Below are positions 6,491 through 14,411 of a stretch of 15,126 bases of DNA, in pieces. Positions within the stretch are counted from its first letter, which is position 1, and each line of letters begins with the position of its first letter. Made by a program: the position numbers and the translations under genes. The notes under the pieces were generated by a model. The model saw only the letters and a program-made list of their open reading frames with translations. It made no database searches and was not told the DNA's origin. The stretch comes from an uncultured bacterium (GTDB taxonomy: Bacteria > Abyssobacteria > SURF-5), in contig CAZEBC010000094.1 of NCBI GenBank assembly GCA_964510165.1, positions 1-15,126 on the forward strand, read 5' to 3'.

Positions 6491-7671
6491 AACCCGGCCA
6501 GAAGCGCCGTTCAGTCTGTCTTGTCACGAACGCATATCCTGATTTTGCTCAGTCCAATCGTGTCGTGTTCATGCGCCTTCTCACACAGTTGTTGGCTGAC
6601 AAGGGCTGGGGTGTGTCGGTGGTGGCGCCTCGCATATTTGAAGGGAGCCTTCCTCATGAACATGAAGGTCCTATAGAGATACGGCGATTCCGCTCATGTC
6701 TTGGGAACAAGCTGCTTGTGCAATACGAGCGCACGCCGGTTTTCAGGCTCGGCGGATATATGGCGGCGGGTGTTCTCTCTGCGGTGCGATGCATTTGGCA
6801 GCAGGGGTGCGATCTGGTTCACGCTCATTGGGTCGTTCCTGCCGGGTTGATCGGCCTTATTGCGGGCAAGTTGTGCGGGAAGCCTGTCATTGTCACCGCA
6901 CACGGCTCGGATATATTGGTTACGCCAAAGGGTAGTCGAGCTATAGGAAGCATGGTCAGGTTTGTTCTTCAGAAGGCAGACGGAGTGACGTCGGTGGCCG
7001 ACCATTTGACCGAAGAGATCGTGCGGATGGGGATCTCGCGTGAAAAAATCCACACATTTCCCATGAGCGTTCCGATCGAATCGTTCGGTCCCGAAGGCCG
7101 GGGCATTCGCATGGGTGACGGTCCGACAATTTTTTGCAATCGGAGTCTGTACCCGGTATACAATGTTGAACTTCTGATTCGGGCGGCGCCGCTTATTTTA
7201 AAAGAGGTTCCTGAAGCGAGGATCCTCATAGCGGGTGAGGGGCCGGAGGCTGAGAGGCTTGCTTCCCTGGTCCGCACGCTCGAGCTGGAGGACCGCATTT
7301 ACCTGCTGGGCGCGATTCCGCACACTCAGATGCCGGAATATCTGAGGGGGGCGACGGTTTATGTGTCGACTGCGCTATCGGACGGCGCTTCCGTTTCGCT
7401 GCTGGAGGCCATGGCGTGCGGCGTATTTCCGGTCGTCGCTGACATTGCTGCCAATCGGGAGTGGATAAAGGACGGGGAGAACGGGCTTCTCTTCAATGCG
7501 CACGACGCATCTGATTTGGCTCGAAGGGCTGTTGAAGCGCTCCGACAGGGCGACTTGCGAAGCCGCTCCCGCGAGACCAATCCTCAGATCGTGGAGCGGA
7601 AGGCCCAATGGAAGTCGAACTTGAAGAAGCTACTCCTGCTTTACGAGTCCGTCCTTGTTGCTCGTCAGTGA
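6487..7671 (+). CDS. GT4 (GT-B fold) glycosyltransferase
   Basis: 394 aa. Motifs: HAHWVVPAG, TAHGSD, AGEGP, SDGASVSLLEAMACG. ATGA overlap with the upstream GT2. Confidence 0.92.
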   Translation: MKPGQKRRSVCLVTNAYPDFAQSNRVVFMRLLTQLLADKGWGVSVVAPRIFEGSLPHEHEGPIEIRRFRSCLGNKLLVQYERTPVFRLGGYMAAGVLSAVRCIWQQGCDLVHAHWVVPAGLIGLIAGKLCGKPVIVTAHGSDILVTPKGSRAIGSMVRFVLQKADGVTSVADHLTEEIVRMGISREKIHTFPMSVPIESFGPEGRGIRMGDGPTIFCNRSLYPVYNVELLIRAAPLILKEVPEARILIAGEGPEAERLASLVRTLELEDRIYLLGAIPHTQMPEYLRGATVYVSTALSDGASVSLLEAMACGVFPVVADIAANREWIKDGENGLLFNAHDASDLARRAVEALRQGDLRSRSRETNPQIVERKAQWKSNLKKLLLLYESVLVARQ

Positions 7672-8817
7672 TGATTCGATTTGTTGGATGACCTGTTTCC
7701 AGCCGAGGTGTTGTCGGGCGTAAGAAAGGGCATTGGCCGAGCACTGCTGCCGCAAGTCCTTATCCCGAAGGAGCGATAGCAAAGCTGAGGAGAACATATC
7801 TGCTCGTCCTTCATCCACGAGGATGCCCGCGCCGGCCTTCTCTACGATTTCGTAACCCGCCACGCGCGTGGCGACTACAGGCTTGCCGCAGGCGAGGTAC
7901 TCGAACAGCTTCATGGGGGAGTATCCGGATGTCAGTTCCTTGCAGACCGCGACGCAGATGTCGGAGAGGTTGATATAGAGGACAACGTCCTGGTGGGGAA
8001 CAGGCCCAAGCAAGCAAACGCGGTTGGCGAGTGAGCGGCGGCTGATTTCGCGCTCCAGCCATTGCCGTTGTGCGCCGTCTCCTATGACGAGGAACACGGC
8101 GTCTGGCTGTTCAGTTAGGACGCTCCCGGCGCCGCGCAGCAACAGATCGAAATCCTGCCAGGGGGCCAGATTCCCGATGAAAGTTATGACGAACGAGGTT
8201 TGGGAGAGGTTCAGGCGCTTCCTCAGAAGAGTCAGGGATTCCGGTGCTGAGACAGGCCGAAATTTTTCGGGGTCTGCAGTTACGCCGAGCACCATAATGC
8301 TATTTTCGGGGACGTTGTAGTTTTCCTGGTAATAGCGCTTAACGCGGTCGGTAATGACCGCTATTCTGTCTGAGAAGCGGGCGTCAATGCGCTGGAGCAA
8401 TCCGAAGGCGCGGCGGGAGAACGCGGCGGACAGGCCGCCTTTGAGCCTTGCCTCCTCGTTTTCGAGGGAAGTGATCTCGGACAGGATCATGGTGCGATGG
8501 AGGGGTTTCGTTATGACGGCTGCAAAGGTCGCGATCGGCCCCATGGCGTATATGATATCGGCGTTACCCGCATACTTCGGAATGGCGCGAATCAGCCTTT
8601 GCATCGCTTTGAGGAGACGGGGATAGCTGACAGCGCCGTTTTTGCCTCGGCAGGACCCAATGCTATTGAATTCGCCGAGATCCAGAGTTCCCTTGGATCC
8701 GCCGAGCACGATTACCTTGTGTCCACGCTGTCTGAAAGCGCCGACCTTTTCGCGGATGTGCGTTGATGAGCCGCGCGACCCGTCAACATCTTCGATTGTA
8801 ATGAGCAGGATTCTCAA
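7630..8817 (-). CDS. GT4 (GT-B fold) glycosyltransferase, opposite strand
   Basis: 395 aa, TTG start (MRILLI). Motifs: FIGNLAPWQ, IGDG, SPMKLFEYLACGKPVV. Confidence 0.9.
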   Translation of the reverse strand: MRILLITIEDVDGSRGSSTHIREKVGAFRQRGHKVIVLGGSKGTLDLGEFNSIGSCRGKNGAVSYPRLLKAMQRLIRAIPKYAGNADIIYAMGPIATFAAVITKPLHRTMILSEITSLENEEARLKGGLSAAFSRRAFGLLQRIDARFSDRIAVITDRVKRYYQENYNVPENSIMVLGVTADPEKFRPVSAPESLTLLRKRLNLSQTSFVITFIGNLAPWQDFDLLLRGAGSVLTEQPDAVFLVIGDGAQRQWLEREISRRSLANRVCLLGPVPHQDVVLYINLSDICVAVCKELTSGYSPMKLFEYLACGKPVVATRVAGYEIVEKAGAGILVDEGRADMFSSALLSLLRDKDLRQQCSANALSYARQHLGWKQVIQQIESSLTSNKDGLVKQE

Positions 8818-8910
8818 GAGGAGTTCTCTCTTCCCTGATGAACTTGGCGAGCCTTTTCTGGTATCATGTATATGCTCGGACGGAATAAGTTCGGGCGATC
8901 CTCATAAGCT

Positions 8911-8940
8911 ATTGTAATATTCCTGATGGGGGCGAATCAA
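8911..8940 (-). promoter_or_regulatory. Putative sigma70 promoter for the inverted GT4
   Basis: Minus strand reads TTGATT (8940-8935), an 18-nt spacer, then TACAAT (8916-8911), in the relatively AT-rich divergent gap. Confidence 0.4.
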
Positions 8941-8967
8941 GGCGTCAAGGGAGCGGTGCGAGGGAAG

Positions 8968-9963
8968 ATGAATTGGACTGGAGAGAAGATCTCCATCGGA
9001 ATTTTCGAATCAGGCAACTATGTGACGGGCGGGCAAGCCTATCGCGACGATCTCCGTCGAGCTCTTGAAAAGCGATACGATGTGGAGGTGTTCAATATAT
9101 CGGGCGAGAGCAAATACATTCCCTCGGCCAGGCTCAGGCGCATGCAAGCGATCAGGAAGGTAAAGGCAGCAAAGGGCGTCTGGATACGCGATTTCTATCC
9201 GGTCGCGGGGATGAGTTTGAGAAGCAACCCTGGGAAGAACATCGCCCTCTTTCTGCATATGTACACGGAGGGGCCGGAGAGCGATATACTTGGCAGGCTA
9301 TTGGCCAGTCTGTTTTTCCGAAACCTCGGCAGATGTGACCGTGTTGTCGCGATCGCGGAGTTCTGGAGGGATTACCTTCGGGGATTGGGCGTTACTGACG
9401 CGCGTGTGATACGAAGCGGAATGAATCCGGCCAATTTTCGATTCGAGAGGGACGAAATAGAAGCGTTCAAAGAAAAGCATTCACTGACGGGCGTGCCCGT
9501 GGTGTATATCGGGAACTGCCGGAAGAACAAGGGAGTGGTGGAGGTACATGAAGTGCTGAAGGGCCGGGGTTACATGCTTGTCACCAGCGGCACGCCGGAG
9601 ATCACATTGCCTTGTCCGAATTTCGATTTATCATACCGAGACTATTGTCTGCTCCTCAAGACATCCTCTGTGGTAGTTACCATGTCGAAATTTCGGGAGG
9701 GCTGGTGCAGGACAGCCCACGAGGCGATGCTCTGCAAGACGCCCGTGATAGGGTCGGGGTCGGGGGGGATGGCGGAACTTCTCGAGGGCGGGAAGCAGTA
9801 TATCTGCCGGGACATCTCCGAACTTCCGGCCCTGGTGGAAGCAGCCATTGGCAAGAGAGACGCGATGGGGGAAGACGGTTACCGATTCGCAAGGGAGCTC
9901 ACTATCGAGCGGTTTGAAGGGCAGTGGTTGGACCTTGTTGAAGAAGTGTTGGCACAGGAGTGA
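8968..9963 (+). CDS. GT4 (GT-B fold) glycosyltransferase
   Basis: Motifs: TGGQ.Y, YIGN....KG, EGWCRTAHEAM..KTPV (Ex7E). The start is uncertain (8926, 8956 or 8968); 8968 best fits the domain start. Confidence 0.85.
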   Translation: MNWTGEKISIGIFESGNYVTGGQAYRDDLRRALEKRYDVEVFNISGESKYIPSARLRRMQAIRKVKAAKGVWIRDFYPVAGMSLRSNPGKNIALFLHMYTEGPESDILGRLLASLFFRNLGRCDRVVAIAEFWRDYLRGLGVTDARVIRSGMNPANFRFERDEIEAFKEKHSLTGVPVVYIGNCRKNKGVVEVHEVLKGRGYMLVTSGTPEITLPCPNFDLSYRDYCLLLKTSSVVVTMSKFREGWCRTAHEAMLCKTPVIGSGSGGMAELLEGGKQYICRDISELPALVEAAIGKRDAMGEDGYRFARELTIERFEGQWLDLVEEVLAQE

Positions 9964-9972
9964 GGCGTCTGC

Positions 9973-11808
9973 GTGGACGACGGCTTGACCATCAGACGAG
10001 GGTTTCTGCAGAGGCCGGGTGCGGCGGCGCTGATGCTCGGTTTGCTGGCTGTTCTCGTGTTTGCGAACTCACTCAAAAATGATTTCGTGGGATATGATGA
10101 CCCCAACCTCATCGTAAACAACGAGCAGATTCGGAGCCTGTCGTCCGATAATCTGGCCCGGATGTTCACGCCGAAGATGAGGGGCAACTATCAGCCAATC
10201 AGGACGCTGTCGTATGCGATTGATTACGCCGTCTGGAAGCTGTGCCCGGTCGGCTATCATGTTACAAATGTCGGGTTGCATGCAGTTACGGTGGTCTGTG
10301 TGTGGCTCATGCTTCGGCAGGTCATATCAAGCGCTGCCGCCTTCATTGCGGCGGCCATCTTCGCAGTTCATCCGATTCATGTGGAGAGCGTGACGTGGCT
10401 GTCGGCTCGGAAGGACGTTCTTTCTCTTGTGTTCTTCCTCCTGGGCGTTCTGTGGTATGAGCGAGCCGAATGGAGCGGAAAGGCCCTTCCCTATGTTGGC
10501 TCGTTGATAGCGACGGGCTTGGCCTTGCTGTCCAAGATAACTGCGGTGACGCTGCCGTTCTGCATTATTCTTTTGGAGATATGTCGAGACGGCTGGCCGG
10601 ACTTTGCCGGATGGAAGCGCAAGGGCATCCGTCTGCTTCCGCACCTGGCCGTTGTGGTCGTGGTGGTTGCGCTTAATTTTGCGGAGGGCGACAGGCCCGG
10701 CGCGAAGACCGCGCATGGGGACGCGCTGGCCTCAGTCGGTCAGGCCGAGGCGGCTGAGATTCGAGACATCTGGCTCAGCATGCCGTTGGTGGGTTGCCGT
10801 TATCTTGCCTTGCTTGCCGTCCCATACCGGCAAAACACGCATTACGAGGTAACGCGGGTGTCCGAGGTGACCGATCCGCGATTCCTGCTGGCGTCGTTGT
10901 TCCTGACGGCTCTGTTTGTCCTTGGCGTCGCGTGGTACATGCTCGGCCGGCGATGGGTAGCGTTTTCGATAGGGTGGGGCCTGATAACGTTTCTGCCCAC
11001 GTCGAATATTGTGCCGGCGGCGGCAATGATGTCGGATCGCTATATGCACGTGCCATCAATCGGGTTTGCCGCGTTGCTGGCTGAGTCGCTGGTGGGCGTT
11101 GCGCGTAGGAATCGAAACATGGGCAACCTGGCGCTGGTCCCGATAATCGCTGTTATCCTTTTGTTCTCAGTGGGAACGATTCGACGAAACACGGACTGGC
11201 GGGATACCGCGACGTTGTTCAGGAGGACGTTGAAACTCAATCCCGCCAGCATCGAGGCGAGGCTGGCCATTGGAGCGACATATATCGAGGCGGGTGATCC
11301 CGACGCCGCAATTGAGATGTATCGGCAGGCGCTCGCGCTGTCTCCCGGGCATTACCGCATACTGTACAATCTCGGGGTCGCTTACATCAGGAAGGGATGG
11401 TTCCATCAGGCGGCGCAGGCGCTTGAGCAGGCGCGAGACAGCCATCCGGAATTCCTGGCGACCCACGTCAACCTTGCGCTTGTGTATCATCATCTCAAGC
11501 GGTATGACGAGGCGATTAGCGAGCATGATGAGGTAATCAGGCTGGACCCGGGTCGGGCCGCGTCATACGGGGACCTTGGCCGAATCTATCTTGAGCGCGG
11601 AGAACTTGAGCGGGCTCTCGAGCATCTCAATCGCGCGCTGGATATTCAATCGGACCTGGCGCCGGCCCTCACTGACAGAGCTCGAGTGTTGATTCAGATG
11701 GGAAACTATGCAGAGGCGGAACGGGACTTGAACCGGCTGGATTCCCTTGGAGTCGATACGGCTGAAATTCGTTTGCGAATGCGCGACACGCGCGCGAGGC
11801 TGAATTAG
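9973..11808 (+). CDS. TMTC-like GT-C membrane glycosyltransferase with C-terminal TPRs
   Basis: 611 aa, GTG start with GAGG SD. TM1 is followed by the acidic pair YDD (D42-D43). Further motifs: YQPIRTLSY, YH.TN..LH, FAVHPIHVESVTW, LSK..AVTLP, SDRY..PS, RN.DW. Polytopic N-terminal domain followed by TPRs. Confidence 0.85.
   Translation: MDDGLTIRRGFLQRPGAAALMLGLLAVLVFANSLKNDFVGYDDPNLIVNNEQIRSLSSDNLARMFTPKMRGNYQPIRTLSYAIDYAVWKLCPVGYHVTNVGLHAVTVVCVWLMLRQVISSAAAFIAAAIFAVHPIHVESVTWLSARKDVLSLVFFLLGVLWYERAEWSGKALPYVGSLIATGLALLSKITAVTLPFCIILLEICRDGWPDFAGWKRKGIRLLPHLAVVVVVVALNFAEGDRPGAKTAHGDALASVGQAEAAEIRDIWLSMPLVGCRYLALLAVPYRQNTHYEVTRVSEVTDPRFLLASLFLTALFVLGVAWYMLGRRWVAFSIGWGLITFLPTSNIVPAAAMMSDRYMHVPSIGFAALLAESLVGVARRNRNMGNLALVPIIAVILLFSVGTIRRNTDWRDTATLFRRTLKLNPASIEARLAIGATYIEAGDPDAAIEMYRQALALSPGHYRILYNLGVAYIRKGWFHQAAQALEQARDSHPEFLATHVNLALVYHHLKRYDEAISEHDEVIRLDPGRAASYGDLGRIYLERGELERALEHLNRALDIQSDLAPALTDRARVLIQMGNYAEAERDLNRLDSLGVDTAEIRLRMRDTRARLN
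11248..11757 (+). repeat. Five tandem 34-aa tetratricopeptide repeats (protein level)
   Basis: 510 nt = 5 x 34 aa with the pattern (N/A)LG..Y...G....A......A....P. Example units: HYRILYNLGVAYIRKGWFHQAAQALEQARDSHPE and RAASYGDLGRIYLERGELERALEHLNRALDIQSD. Confidence 0.85.
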
Positions 11809-13472
11809 ACGAGCGAGTATAATTCGTCCAGGATGAACCTCAACCGGTACGGCGGCATCAATAGAAGTCCCTCGCCTGTGTAAGAGAAAAATGGCGAGGC
11901 CTCGTACCGCTTCCATTCGTTTGAATAGCGGGGATTCTTGTCAAGAATGCCGTATGCCTTAATTTGTTCCCACCGGGCGGTCAGCTCTTCATTGAGAGAT
12001 TCCTTCGGCACGAAAATGTTTCCTCCTTTTGCAGCGATATTGAAGTATGCGGATTGGGAGGTTGCGAGCGCATTTGGGGGAATGCGATCAAGCGACACAA
12101 CTCGCACGACTTCGATTGAATCGTTTCCGTAGGCCAGCTTGAGGCCATACTCGAGATTTTCGAACCTGAACACGAACGCGCCGTCCATCGTGTCTGGAAC
12201 GTTCAGGTAAAAGAATGTCGTATTCGGGGGCGCCGGAAAGGCGGTGATTGTCTGGCTAATGAGATGGGCGGCGGTCTTTGAAGCCGTTTTCCAGATGGTT
12301 TGTCTTTGTTTCAGGAAATACAGGCTGGCGCTGGAAAATAAGACGGCGAGGGCCACCGCGACAATAGCCGGCGCGGCGCCCGTTCTGTGCAGCCGCTTCG
12401 CTGGTTTCGACAGCGCGAGACCGACGAGAATGGCCGCTCCCGCTGAGCTAAATACCACGTGCCGTTCGGAAGGCACAAGGCCAAGGGCCAAAACGGGGGC
12501 CGAGCCGGCGACAATCCAGGCCAACAAGAAGGCGAGTCTAAGTCGCCCCAGGAGGAGCGGCAGGATCGCGCATGCGAGAAGGAGGATGATTGAGATCAGA
12601 AAGAAGACGGTTCCCGCCTTGTTGAATTCGTCAAACCAGTGCAGGGAGAGCGCCCAGTCGATGGGGGAGAGAGTCATAATCAATGAGTAGCATATTCCGT
12701 CGAACATAGCGCGCGGCCCGAAGGATGTAAGGGGCGGCGGAAGGTCGGCCTGTCTCATGACCAGAGCCCTTAACATGACAAAAAGAGCGCCAGCCAATGC
12801 AAACGACCAACAGCTCCTGACGGTATTCTTGAGCGCACGCATCCCCGTCGGCCTGTTCACGAGGAGAAAATCGTAAGCGGCCAGCACAATCGGGAGAGAA
12901 ATAGCGGATTCCTTGGTGAAGAGGGCACACACGAACAAGAACAGGGCAAGCCAATAATACTGTCTGGAGGCTGTTTTCTTCCATTGGATGAAGCAAATGA
13001 GCGCGGCTAACGAGAGGACGTTCTCGACGACGCCGTTGAGGCTCGAAATCCAGAACAGTGCTTCGGAATGCACGCTTGCGGCCATGAAGACCAGCGTTGA
13101 AGACACAGCTATTGACGTCTGCCTGCAGAGTAGCTGCGTAAGGAAGTACACTTGCAAGCACAACACTGCATAAGACCCGATGCTCACGGCGTGATAACCG
13201 CGCGGCCATGCTCCGAAGAGCCTGGCGAGCATTTCGAAGAACATCTTGATGAGCGGCCGGTAGTAAAGACCCCATGTGGGCTCCGCGAAGCTTGTCAGGG
13301 CGACCTTGACGTCTTGAGGGGATTGATACAGCGCATGATAGACTACGAGATAGTCGTCGGAGTTGAATCCGTGGCTTATGACATCCCGGAACAAAAGGAG
13401 AACCAGAACCACGAGCAGAGCAGGGAAGACGAAACGGCGGAACTTCGTTGTGGGTGCGTCCGGGTCGGTCAT
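11805..13472 (-). CDS. GT-C superfamily (PMT/TMTC-like) membrane glycosyltransferase lacking TPRs
   Basis: 555 aa with GGAG SD. Motifs: FNSDDY (D39-D40) after TM1, YYRPL, YH.VS, HSEALFWIS, TKESAISLP, SERH. Many TM segments and a soluble C-terminal domain. Confidence 0.8.
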   Translation of the reverse strand: MTDPDAPTTKFRRFVFPALLVVLVLLLFRDVISHGFNSDDYLVVYHALYQSPQDVKVALTSFAEPTWGLYYRPLIKMFFEMLARLFGAWPRGYHAVSIGSYAVLCLQVYFLTQLLCRQTSIAVSSTLVFMAASVHSEALFWISSLNGVVENVLSLAALICFIQWKKTASRQYYWLALFLFVCALFTKESAISLPIVLAAYDFLLVNRPTGMRALKNTVRSCWSFALAGALFVMLRALVMRQADLPPPLTSFGPRAMFDGICYSLIMTLSPIDWALSLHWFDEFNKAGTVFFLISIILLLACAILPLLLGRLRLAFLLAWIVAGSAPVLALGLVPSERHVVFSSAGAAILVGLALSKPAKRLHRTGAAPAIVAVALAVLFSSASLYFLKQRQTIWKTASKTAAHLISQTITAFPAPPNTTFFYLNVPDTMDGAFVFRFENLEYGLKLAYGNDSIEVVRVVSLDRIPPNALATSQSAYFNIAAKGGNIFVPKESLNEELTARWEQIKAYGILDKNPRYSNEWKRYEASPFFSYTGEGLLLMPPYRLRFILDELYSLV

Positions 13473-13511
13473 AGCGCTCCGGATACATGTAGTCGCGCGA
13501 AGAAAAAGATA

Positions 13512-14411
13512 TCAAGCAACTGTATGTTTTTTTCTGCCATACACAAGGAGGATGTCGTGAGGGTTGATGTACAGCACGCGTTCGGCTATGTTGAGCGCCT
13601 GTGCAGCCTTGGATAATGCCCTTTCCATTCCGGAACTGTACAGTCCGGTTCTTCTGATGAAGAATCCCACATCGACGTACTTGCCCACGTGTTTCATGTG
13701 GATGGTCTCGAACCCACAGGTGACGAGAAGCCGCCGGAGCGTATGGGGTGAGAAATAATACAGGTGTTCGCCCTGCTTGATACCCATCCAGCGAGTCCGC
13801 CAGATGCGAGCGGGAAGGCTGCGAATGTCGGGCGTGGTCAGCGCCAGCAGGCCTCCATCCTTCAGCAGACGGTTTGCACGGGTTATCTCATTGACCGGAT
13901 CAGGATTGTGTTCGATGTAATCCCACATTGTAATCACGTCAAAGCTATTGTCTTTCAACCCTACTTCTCCAATCGAGCCACAGATTACATCGATACCCAG
14001 ATTCCGTCGGGCGTAATCACAGGCGTATTCTGAGATCTCGACGCCCACTGCCTCCCATCCGCGCTGTCTGGCCACGTCCAGGGAAAACCCCATGGCACAG
14101 CCCACATCAAGCAGACGGCCTCGACTTCCAGTCCACTTCTCTATCTCCGCCAGCCGTTTATGGAATGTTCTGGAGATTTTCATTCGATCTGCGGCATAAT
14201 CGTCGTATCCGAGCGCTCCGGAATCGGAACTCTTGAAGTAGCTCTCCGAATACACCCGTTTAAGATATTCTGCGTCAGGAAGTTCCGGAGTCCACACCAG
14301 GCCGCACTCTCTACAGCGGATCATTCCGAATTCAGGATAGAGATACTCGGACCCTTGATGAGCGCAGAGCTTGCAGGGGCGCGGCTCAATCGTGTGTGGG
14401 AGTAAACTCAT
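13512..14411 (-). CDS. Class I SAM-dependent methyltransferase with N-terminal zinc-ribbon
   Basis: Motifs: CKLC...CRECG, LLDVGCAMG (motif I), GVEIS, FDVITMWDYIEH, TPD, EHLYYFS. ATG 14411 (GGAAG upstream) is preferred over 14429. Confidence 0.88.
   Translation of the reverse strand: MSLLPHTIEPRPCKLCAHQGSEYLYPEFGMIRCRECGLVWTPELPDAEYLKRVYSESYFKSSDSGALGYDDYAADRMKISRTFHKRLAEIEKWTGSRGRLLDVGCAMGFSLDVARQRGWEAVGVEISEYACDYARRNLGIDVICGSIGEVGLKDNSFDVITMWDYIEHNPDPVNEITRANRLLKDGGLLALTTPDIRSLPARIWRTRWMGIKQGEHLYYFSPHTLRRLLVTCGFETIHMKHVGKYVDVGFFIRRTGLYSSGMERALSKAAQALNIAERVLYINPHDILLVYGRKKHTVA

Noticed and set aside
11805-11808. 4-nt convergent stop overlap of the two GT-C genes
   Set aside because: Short stop overlaps are common in compact genomes; it is noted only as part of the architecture finding.
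12631-13515. 294-aa alternative-frame ORF starting at the methyltransferase stop (TTGA overlap)
   Set aside because: It overlaps the GT-C gene on the same strand, is R/S/P/C-rich and has no motifs. The GT-C frame has its own SD and conserved motifs, so no frameshift is needed.
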